Positions 51,847-60,012 of a DNA stretch of 64,000 bases are shown here, piece by piece. The notes under the pieces are model-generated. The model saw only the letters and a program-made list of their open reading frames with translations. It had not been told where the DNA came from and ran no database searches. Every line of letters begins with the position of its first letter. Within the stretch, counting starts at the first letter, position 1. The position numbers and the translations under genes are program-made. The DNA comes from Pirellulales bacterium (GTDB taxonomy: Bacteria; Planctomycetota; Planctomycetia; Pirellulales; DATAWG01), in NCBI GenBank assembly GCA_963738955.1, contig CAVTYW010000027.1:231529-295528 (forward strand), written 5' to 3'.

Positions 51847-51852
51847 TCCTCC

Positions 51853-52507
51853 TCAAGCCTCCAGGCCCGCCAGTTCCCGCGCCAGCCGCTTCCGAGCAAC
51901 GTGCAGCCGGCGCTTAATCGTTCCCACCGGAGAGGCGAAATCGGCGCTCATTTCCAGCAGCGAACGGCCGTTCATGTAGAACGCCACGAGCGTCTGCCGG
52001 TCGAGCACGCCGAGCCGGTTCAACCCTGCCCGCACTTGCGACTCCGCCTCCGACGCGAGCACGTTGCCCAGCGGAGTCCGATGCTCGACGCACGTGGCCT
52101 CGAGCATTTCCGGCTCGGCCGACAACCGCGGGCCGCGGCGGATCGCACGATTGATGGCCATCCGGTTGGCGATTGCCCGCAGCCATCCGCCGAACGCGGC
52201 CGGCTCGCGCAACTGGTTGAGCTTCTCGAGCGCTTGGACGAACACTTCCTGGCAGAGCTCTTGCGCCTCGGCATGGTTGCCAAGGCGGCGCAGGCGCGAT
52301 CGCGTAGACGGCGCGCTCGTAGCGCTCCATCAATTCGCCCAGTGCGTTGCGGTCGCCGGCCTGAGCCCGGCGCACGGTCGCCACCAGCGGCGTTTCCGCG
52401 GGCGTTTCAAGCGGCTCGGCTTCGAGCAAGGCCGTTCCGCCCGGCTCGCCGTCCAGCAATCCGATCGACTCTTCGAGTTCTTCCAGAGCGTTCATCGTTC
52501 TCTCCAT
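51853..52507 (-). CDS. ECF-type sigma factor (one frame break near 52270)
   Basis: RRAQAGDRNALGELMERYERAVYAIA (ORF 51914-53002 frame), then FVQALEKLNQLREPAAFGGWLRAIANRMAINR...LDRQTLVAFYMNGRSLLEMSADFASPVGTIKRRLHVARKRL (ORF 51853-52245). The start is at 52507 or 52495. Confidence 0.8.
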
Positions 52508-53228
52508 GAAGCCCGGGCAAAATGCCGGGGCAAAAAGGTGCAAGCGTGGAAGGCAAAGCTTGCTCGGGCTCGGCGTCACATCGGGCAAGACAAAATCGCC
52601 AAGGTTGGCGAACGGTCTTGCACGGCCGGGGCCTTGCAGGCTTCGCGTCGGTTCCGTTTCGAGTTTTCCGCTGGAAAGCGGCTTACCCGAGGGTGACCGG
52701 CGCGATGGCGCGCACGACCTGCGTGGGCCGTACCTGCCACGCCGCCGTATTCGGGCGCGACGTTCGGTCGCGAGTCGATTGGTGGCTGTGGCCGGTTGCA
52801 AGCGGCCCCTATAACCTCGCAACGCGCCGGCCAGTCGCTTAGGCGAATGACTTGATGGCGATCCGAGGCCATGCCGCGCACTAAATAGATGGCAGGACAT
52901 CCGCATCGCGCAACGATCAGCAGCCGAGACGACATCGGCGGCGGCTTTGCAAATTGCAAAGGCACAACGGCGAATCGCGGCGGTGATGATACGTTGACGC
53001 ATGGCAGACTCCTGCGCAGAGGCGCGGTTGGAGAGAAAGAAACCCTACTGGTAGTATAGTTGCCGCACAGGACATCATTCCTGTGTGGCCGGGAAAAAAT
53101 TCCCGCGAATCGTTAAAATTCGCACGCCCGCGGCCCCTTGTCAAGGCAAGCCGGAGCGACAAAACCTAAGAGGCATCATCGGCGAAAAGGTTCGCGGGGG
53201 GCGGAGAATTTTTTGCGGGGCGATGCAA

Positions 53229-53317
53229 GACGCGCGAAACCGCAAGCGGGCGTCGGTGCGTAACTGGATATATGGGTTTAGCTTACGTGCCGCGGCTCGC
53301 TTGCGGTTTCGCGCGTC
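53229..53317. repeat. REP hairpin, CGCGAAACCGCAAGCG family
   Basis: GACGCGCGAAACCGCAAGCG (53229-53248) against CTCGCTTGCGGTTTCGCGCGTC (53296-53317). Confidence 0.8.
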
Positions 53318-53328
53318 CGCACCTCACG

Positions 53329-54627
53329 TTATCCCCCGTAAAACACCCGTTCCACATTTCCCCGCAGCACCTGCCGGCCCAATTCCACGGCCCGCTCTTC
53401 GCTCCAGCCGCGGTCGATCACGAACCGTTCGGCAAGCACTTTTGCTAGCAGCCGTTTGTACATGGCGAATTTCGGCAGGGCGAATTCCAGTTTGTACATG
53501 TCGCTGTAGTAGCCGATTTGCTTCGTGCTGGGAACGGCCTCGAGCCGGGCGGAAAGATCGTGCTCGATGAATGTCGGCGTGTTGGAATACCACCAATGGC
53601 CGTTGGTCACGACGTTGGGGAAAATCCAGGCGTAGCTGGTCAGTTCCTGGTTCGTGACGCTGGCGAGGACGGAGATCGGAAATGTCACGCGCGGAAAGGC
53701 GTTGAATAGCTCTTGTACTGAATTAGCGACACGCGGCTGTCGTACAGATCGCGGCCTTGATGCACGCCGCTTTCGTATACGCCACGGTTCACGCCGATCA
53801 TCAAGTCGAACGGCAGGTGGAATTCTTGGCAGTATTCGGCGAGGGTCCAGAACACAAATTGCGAGACATTGTCGCGATCTTCTTCCGGCATTTCGTTGAG
53901 ATTGCTCCCAAGCACTTCCCGCATCGATTTTCTGGTCCCCGGAATATCGTCGAGGAAAAATCGCCTCGGCGTGAAGTGGGGCGGAAGCGAAATTGCGCAC
54001 GCTCGTCCGCCATTCTGTGTGAAGTGTTCGAACAGTTGCCCAATTGCGTCGAGAATCGACGATTCGTTAAGCGGGACTTTGCTCGCGCGCTCCAACCGCT
54101 CGCGGACCTCGGGCTTGTGAAGATTGAAGACTAGATCGTCGGTCCGCAAGCACGGGACATACGTTTTCGTGTCGAATCCGGTCAGCGGATCGTCGAAATC
54201 GTTGGTCAAAAACACGGCTTCGATTTTGCTTCGCCGCAGCACCTCTTGCGGCCAATCCGGCGCGGCCATCTCGGCGCGGCTGTCGTCGTAGAGCGGCTCC
54301 CAATTGGCCGGCGTGATCCGATCGTCTTTGAAATCCGAACAAACTTTGGGCAAGCTCGATCAGCCAACTGTATTGGATCGTGTTTTCCAGCGGACCGAGC
54401 CCCTCGACCAGCCGGCCGAACCTGCTCCTTCGGGTCCCAAGCCCGGCGCTTCGACATCTTTCCGCGGCATGCCCGCCGAATGGATCAGCTCGGTGTAGTA
54501 GTGATAGCCAAGAATGTCGGTGAGCGTCTGTCGCGGCCGGATGGTGCGGATTGATATGCGTGTGCGGATCGATCAGCACGAGCGTGTCGAGAGCATCGAA
54601 GAGTTGTTGCCGCAGGAGAGTGGACAT
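53329..54627 (-). pseudogene. Amidohydrolase-fold, glucuronate-isomerase (UxaC)-like protein; about 5 frame breaks as assembled
   Basis: LVLIDPHTHINP, TLTDILGYHYYTELIHSAGM, LENTIQYSWLIELA, ITPANWEPLYD, EAVFLTNDFDDP, HLPFDLMIGVNRGVY, NGHWWYSNTP and YYSDMYKLEF, spread across ORFs 54067-54627, 54206-54457, 53685-54353 and 53329-54000. The family assignment is from memory and only moderate. Confidence 0.5.
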
Positions 54628-54639
54628 AAGGCAGGCGTC

Positions 54640-55133
54640 TTATGGGTGGGCGAGCGTCATCGTCCAGTGCCCGAGCGGACCATTTTAGACCAACAAAAAC
54701 TGTTGCAGCACATCCCTTCCGATGAGAATTGCGAGCTTTTGCGAAGCGAGCGAGCAAGCAGGAGCCTGCAACACGTTTGTACTCAGGCTCGATCCGATAA
54801 ACTCAATCTTGATTGAATGCAAATTGCATTGCGTCGCTGCGTGTGATGCCGAACTTATCGTTGTGACTCCGACGATGGGCAAGCCAAGTTGTTGAGCAAG
54901 GCTCTCATCGATGCACGTCCTATATGCACAGTGTCGATCAGCGCTTCGCCGATCGCCGGTTTGGGCACCGTTTCGCCCAGCTCCACCAGCGATTCGGCAA
55001 AATCTTCTCCGAGTCCAATGCTGACCGAGAGCCGAGGTCCAGTTAGAACCAAGCCCGTTGATGGTGAGACAGACCTGTGGCGTCCTTCAGGATCGACCGC
55101 GTGAATCGGCGATTGGCGGAATATTTGAGGCAC
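54640..55133 (-). pseudogene. Retropepsin-like (clan AA) aspartic protease remnant: one frame break plus an in-frame TAA
   Basis: GPRLSVSIGLGEDF...AIGEALIDT (ORF 54855-55133), then CIDESLAQQLGLPIVGVTTI...LAILIGRDVLQQFLLV (ORF 54685-54882), then TAA and NGPLGHWTMTLAHP-stop in the same frame. Confidence 0.4.
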
Positions 55134-55363
55134 GCAGAATCCCCAGAGTTAGCGCAGGCGCTGACCGGAGGCTCTTCCGTCTGCACCCGCCGTACCAGAA
55201 ATGGACCCAAACCGAACTGCCGGGCACCCGTCGCAATCGCTTGCTGCTCGTCGTCGAAGAAACCAATCAACTCCGCGCCCTTCACGAGCGCGACTCGGTC
55301 GGAGTGTTTCTCCAGCCACTCGGGCAGATGATCGCAGAAAAACTTAAGTTCGATGTCGAGCAT
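55043..55363 (-). CDS. Small DUF5678-like protein preceding the protease gene; true 3' end uncertain
   Basis: MLDIELKFFCDHLPEWLEKHSDRVALVKGAELIGFFDDEQQAIATGARQFGLGPFLVRRVQ. This is the pattern of the small proteins that commonly precede clan AA proteases in cyanobacteria and archaea, from memory. Confidence 0.35.
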   Translation of the reverse strand: MLDIELKFFCDHLPEWLEKHSDRVALVKGAELIGFFDDEQQAIATGARQFGLGPFLVRRVQTEEPPVSACANSGDSACLKYSANRRFTRSILKDATGLSHHQRAWF

Positions 55364-55441
55364 GTCGCGTTCCCCCGTTCTCACACGCCAATCGACGGCG
55401 CTAAACAACCCACGCTGACCATTTTAATCCGTGCGCCGCGT

Positions 55442-56176
55442 TCAAGCCACATTCAAATCCGGTCCCTCGCCGAAATAATACTTGCGCGCCTCGGGGTTGT
55501 TCAACACTTCGTCGGCCGAGCCATGGCACAAGACCATGCCGGCGCGAATGACATAGCTGCGGTCGGTGATTGCCAAGGTTTCGCGCTCGCGGTGGTCGGT
55601 GATCAAGATGGCGATGCCGTTTTCGCGCAGGCCGCGGATGATTTTTTGAATGCTCGTTGATCGTCACCGGATCGATGCCCGTGAACGGCTCGTCGAGCAG
55701 AATGATCTTGGGATTCGACACCAGGCAGCGGGCGATTTCCAGCCGCCGCTTTTCGCCGCCGGAGATCAACATCGCGGTGGATTTGCGAATGTGCGTGATG
55801 TCGAATTGCTCCAGCAGCTCTTCGCATTTCTGCCGCCGCTCGGCCGGTCCATGCCGAGCATCTCCATCACCGCCAGCAGATTGTGCTCGACCGACAGCTT
55901 GCGAAAGACGCTTTGATCCTGCGGCAAGTAGCCCATTCCGCCGTCGCGAGCGCGGCGATACATCGGCCAATTGGTCACGTCGATGTCGTTGAGCGTGACT
56001 CGGCCGGCGTCGGGCTCGACCATGCCGCAGGCCATGCGGAAGCTGGTGGTCTTGCCGGCGCCGTTCGGTCCCAGCAGACCGACGATCTCGCCGGCATTGA
56101 CTTCGAAATCGACGCCATCGACGACCCGCCGTCGGCCGTAGATCTTGACCAATCCCTCGACTTGCAAAATCGGCAT
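55442..56176 (-). CDS. lptB: LPS export ABC transporter ATP-binding protein (2 frame breaks, near 55845 and 55655)
   Basis: [116 protein letters not shown]. Confidence 0.85.
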
Positions 56177-56232
56177 GACGCTGGTCCTCCATGACACAAC
56201 CAAATCAATCCTTCGAAGGGCGCGACGACCTT

Positions 56233-56289
56233 GTTGGAGTTCAGGCTTGAGCGTGCTGCCCGCCAGCACGCTGAAGCGTGAACTCCAAC
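56233..56289. repeat. GTTGGAGTTCA-family REP hairpin between lepB and lptB
   Basis: GTTGGAGTTCAGGCTTGAGCGTGCTG (56233-56258) against CAGCACGCTGAAGCGTGAACTCCAAC (56264-56289). Confidence 0.85.
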
Positions 56290-56320
56290 ATTGGTTGCAG
56301 TTCGGCCGCCGGATCGCTAC

Positions 56321-58081
56321 TTATCTCACGAATCCCATCCGGTGAACATTGGGCCAAAACGGCAGCGGGATGTCGTGGCCGAAGATCGTCACTTTGTCGA
56401 ACGAATGGGGCCAATAAATCACCAGCGCCTTGCCGATCAATAGCCGCCGATCGACGAAATGGATGTTCGCCCAAAATCGGCCATCCTGACTCAGCCGGCT
56501 GTTGTCGCCGAGCGTGAGAAATTGATCGTATCCGAGGAAAAAGAACTGGTCGGTCGGTCGGACATCGGCCCCAGCCTGACGCAGTTTTTCGACGCAATCG
56601 AGCGGATAGCAAGCCCAGGATCGCGGCTCCGTCGGCCAACCCGGCGGGGCGTTGGTGTTGTCCGGATAGCCGTTTCGCTGCCGCTGGCCATCCCAAGTGT
56701 AAAAAATGTCGCGCATCACTCGCAAATGGCTCACCTGCACGGCGGCGCCGATCGAGCCGATCGCGACAGGCTGGCCGGCGGAGGCCGTGCCGACCGGCAC
56801 GTCGCTCCAAACGGCCGCCGGATCGAATTCGACCTTCTTATCGTCGACCAGCAACGTCAATTGATGATCGACGTTGGCGAATAAAACGTGATGGCTGCCG
56901 GTTTTCGAAATGCCGCCGGTCGCTGCCCGCGGCGGCTTCGTCCAACCGGGAATGGCCAATTCGGCCGTTCCGTCGGACAAATCCAAAACACATCGAAACG
57001 GTTGCCCTTGCTTGACCAACTCGATCGCCAGCTTGCCCGACGCTTGCTGCACGTCAACCTGAAACTCGACGGCCAGATCGTCAACCTTCACATCATCGCC
57101 AAGTTGCGAGCGAAACGGCGTGTCGTAGGGATTCTCATCGGTGATCGGCTTCGGCTCCGGCGGACTGAATGGCAAGCCCTGCTCGAATTGATTCCAGTCG
57201 TCGGGCGTCGGCACATAGTGGGAATAGCGCAGCCACGCCTCGCCGGCCGCAGCGCCGCCGGGAAGTTTGCCGGTCGTGGTGAACGCCGTCGCGCCGACGG
57301 TCGCCGAAGCGCTGTCGATCGCCTGCCAAGCCGTCGCGCCCGCGCCGGACCCTTGCCATGCGGCGGGCCATTTCTGCGCCTCGAACGGCTTGTAGGCAAA
57401 ATCGTTGTCGTAGACCATTTGCAGCATCGACCGCAATTTGCCGGGACTGCGCGGCTGGTAGGCAAACGTCTTGCCGTTGTCGTGGCTGACGGCAATGTCG
57501 CCGTCGCGAATGCGAATGACATCGCCGGGCAAGCCGATCAGCCGCTTGATATAGTTTGTCTTGGCGTCTTCCGGATATTTGAACACGATCACGTCCCATC
57601 GCTCCGGCGCGCCGAAATCGTAGGCAGATTTGCTGACCAGAATCCGATCGCCGTTGTAATAGACATACTTCGCGCGCTCGGCCGGCTTCATCGCGGCGAA
57701 ATTCAACGTGTAGCCGCAATTCGGGCAGATGCAAGTGTCTCGCAAGCCGCGATCCTTGCCCGGCGGCGGAGCCGGGCGGGCAATCTCTTCGTCGTCGTCG
57801 TGCATGGCGCCGACGCGATAGTTGAAGCCACACTTGGGGCAGGTGATGTCCAAGTGCTTGCCCATCAGCGTCGGGGCCATCGACCCGGTGGGAATGACAA
57901 ACGCCTCGGCCTCGAATGTGCGAAACAAAAAGGCCAGCATGAAGGCAATGGCGATCGATTCGATCGTTTCGCGCAACGTCCGCGACCAGGCGGTGGATTG
58001 CGACGCGTAGTCGCCATCGTCGCGCCGCCCATCGGCGCCCCGGCGGCCCGACGGGCTCGGCTTGTTCTTGGGCTGATTCAT
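56321..58081 (-). CDS. lepB: Signal peptidase I with a large insertion (586 aa)
   Basis: Intact ORF with IAIAFMLAFLFRTFEAEAFVIPTGSMAPTL, GDRILVSK, RWDVIVFKYP, YIKRLIGLPGD and a C-terminal GDNS box. Confidence 0.9.
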   Translation of the reverse strand: MNQPKNKPSPSGRRGADGRRDDGDYASQSTAWSRTLRETIESIAIAFMLAFLFRTFEAEAFVIPTGSMAPTLMGKHLDITCPKCGFNYRVGAMHDDDEEIARPAPPPGKDRGLRDTCICPNCGYTLNFAAMKPAERAKYVYYNGDRILVSKSAYDFGAPERWDVIVFKYPEDAKTNYIKRLIGLPGDVIRIRDGDIAVSHDNGKTFAYQPRSPGKLRSMLQMVYDNDFAYKPFEAQKWPAAWQGSGAGATAWQAIDSASATVGATAFTTTGKLPGGAAAGEAWLRYSHYVPTPDDWNQFEQGLPFSPPEPKPITDENPYDTPFRSQLGDDVKVDDLAVEFQVDVQQASGKLAIELVKQGQPFRCVLDLSDGTAELAIPGWTKPPRAATGGISKTGSHHVLFANVDHQLTLLVDDKKVEFDPAAVWSDVPVGTASAGQPVAIGSIGAAVQVSHLRVMRDIFYTWDGQRQRNGYPDNTNAPPGWPTEPRSWACYPLDCVEKLRQAGADVRPTDQFFFLGYDQFLTLGDNSRLSQDGRFWANIHFVDRRLLIGKALVIYWPHSFDKVTIFGHDIPLPFWPNVHRMGFVR

Positions 58082-58201
58082 GGGGCACGGTCCCTTTCTT
58101 GCATGGCAAACGATCCAAGGTCACATTAACTATAGCCGATCCGCCAAACCGCCGGAACTTGAAAACAGGGGCGACTTGAGCGAGACATACGGCACCCGCC
58201 G

Positions 58202-58275
58202 CTGTAGGGAACGGCCTCCGTGCCGTTCCGGGCGAATGCGTGCCCCCGGAACGGCACGGAGGCCGTTCCCTACAG
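58202..58275. repeat. Perfect 31-nt inverted repeat, GTAGGGAACGGC family
   Basis: CTGTAGGGAACGGCCTCCGTGCCGTTCCGGG (58202-58232), a 12-nt loop, then CCCGGAACGGCACGGAGGCCGTTCCCTACAG (58245-58275). Confidence 0.9.
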
Positions 58276-58450
58276 ATTTTTTGCCTCGCTCCCAATGCAA
58301 TGCAACGCTATTTACCCACGACTCTCCAAATGCCGCCATACAGCGGTTGATCGACAGTGCCCGTGGGCCGTACAATCAGCAATGGGCCATGTCGGCCATT
58401 CTGGGGCAGTTGGTATCCAATTCGCGTTTGTCAGCGGCGGAACATGGCGT

Positions 58451-59992
58451 ATGTCGAACGGCTTTGACGCCTATCACAAGTGGCTCTCGATACCCCCGCA
58501 CGATCAGCCGCCGAATCACTATCGGCTGCTCGGGCTGGGGCTGTTCGAGAGCGATCCGGATGTCGTGGCGGCGGCGGCCGACCGGCAGATGGCGCACGTG
58601 CAAACGTACAAAACCGGTCCGCATTCCGAATTATCGCAAAAGCTGCTGAACGAGATCGCCGCGGCGAAAATTTGCTTGCTGCGGCCGCAGAAGAAATCGG
58701 CCTACGACGAGCAACTGCGCCAACAGTTGGCCGCGTCGCCAACTGGCTTTGGAAACTTGGGCGACTCCCACGGTGGCAATGCCGCGACGGCTCGATCGGG
58801 CGCGATGGCTGGCGCCGGCGCAGGGACCGTAGCCGCAAATATGGGCCGGACAGCGCCGGTGTATCCTGGAATGTCGGGCGCGACGGTCAATCCGCCGCCT
58901 CCCGCGTTGCCGCCCCCAGTGGCCGACGCGCCATCGCAGCCTCTGCTTGGCACGATGACGATTCTGATCGCCGCTGGCGTTGTCGCGGTGTTGCTGCTGA
59001 TTGGAATCGTCGTGGTGCTCAATCATCGCAAGGAGCACGCGCCGTCGCCCGGCACGGTTGAAAAACCCGAAGTCACCGTGACCCCGGAAACCACCGGTCC
59101 GCCAAATTCAGCGATCACTCCGACACAGCCGCCCGCTACCCAAACCAACCAAAATCCGGGCACTCAAAATCAAGCCACGCAAAATCAAGCCAATCAAAAC
59201 ACGAGCGTCGGCAACCCGCCGAAGTCAACTAATCCGTTCGAGTCGTCCGGCTTCAACAAGGGCGATGGCACGCCGAAGACGGACGATCATGGCAAGAAAC
59301 CGCCGAGCACGTCGGGCAACGACGTGGCGACCACGCTCCCCTCGGTAACGCATCCTCCCGACACGAACCACACCGATAAAAATCACACGGACAAAAACCA
59401 CACCGGTACGGCAAATCCCGAAAAAACCAACCCCGATACGACTTTTCCGGACAAAACGGTTCCAAAGGTGACGCCGGTCAAGCTGCCGACCGATCCGGCA
59501 TTGGCCGGCAAGGCGCCGGTGCCGGATGCCGTGGCGATCGCCGCCGCCGAACAAAAGCTGGGCCCAGCGGCCACCGATGCGTCGGCGGCCGATCTGTTGG
59601 AACTGGCCCACAATGCGGCCGAATCGAGCGAGATTTACGTTCTGTTGCGCCGTGCGCTGGATGCGGCGATCAAACTCGGCGACGCGCCGACGGCCATCTC
59701 GACGGTCGATGAATTGGTGCGCCGCTTTGCCGTCAATTCACTGGACGTTCGACTCCAGACGCTAACCGATCTGCAAGCTCGCGTGCATACTTCCGCCGCG
59801 ACGGCTGCCGTAGCAACCGCGGAATCCGCATTGATCGACGAAGCAACGACCGCCGGGCAACCGGCCACCGCCCAAAAACTCGCGGAGATGAGCATCGTAG
59901 CGGCCCGCAAATCGGCCGACGCCGACGTCATCCGCAGAGTCACGCTGCGGATCATCCGCCTCCGCAACCCCGCCGCCGTTCCGACTCCCTGA
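58451..59992 (+). CDS. Membrane protein: J-domain-like N-terminus lacking HPD, one TM, a Pro/Thr/Asn-rich linker, and a C-terminal half-copy of the module shared with 6286-7890 and 60013-61536
   Basis: FDAYHKWLSIPPHDQPPNHYRLLGLGLFESDPDVVAAAADRQMAHVQ...YDEQL. TM segment LLGTMTILIAAGVVAVLLLIGIVVVL. NHTDK repeats. C-terminal LLELAHNAAESSEIYVLLRRALDAAIKLGDAPTAISTVDELVRRFAVNS. Confidence 0.7.
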   Translation: MSNGFDAYHKWLSIPPHDQPPNHYRLLGLGLFESDPDVVAAAADRQMAHVQTYKTGPHSELSQKLLNEIAAAKICLLRPQKKSAYDEQLRQQLAASPTGFGNLGDSHGGNAATARSGAMAGAGAGTVAANMGRTAPVYPGMSGATVNPPPPALPPPVADAPSQPLLGTMTILIAAGVVAVLLLIGIVVVLNHRKEHAPSPGTVEKPEVTVTPETTGPPNSAITPTQPPATQTNQNPGTQNQATQNQANQNTSVGNPPKSTNPFESSGFNKGDGTPKTDDHGKKPPSTSGNDVATTLPSVTHPPDTNHTDKNHTDKNHTGTANPEKTNPDTTFPDKTVPKVTPVKLPTDPALAGKAPVPDAVAIAAAEQKLGPAATDASAADLLELAHNAAESSEIYVLLRRALDAAIKLGDAPTAISTVDELVRRFAVNSLDVRLQTLTDLQARVHTSAATAAVATAESALIDEATTAGQPATAQKLAEMSIVAARKSADADVIRRVTLRIIRLRNPAAVPTP

Positions 59993-60012
59993 CCTCCGAC
60001 CTCGGTCCCGCC

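Noticed and set aside
52508-53328. RNase P RNA, tmRNA, SRP RNA or a riboswitch in the long gene-free gap; a purine/ZTP-type riboswitch upstream of purF (21205-21522) was also considered
   Set aside because: I could not find the conserved cores I remember: GAGGAAAGTCCGGGC for RNase P, the tRNA-like end with a GGTTCGA T-loop for tmRNA, or the SRP GGAA tetraloop helix. By-eye inspection is weak evidence, so an Rfam scan is still worthwhile.
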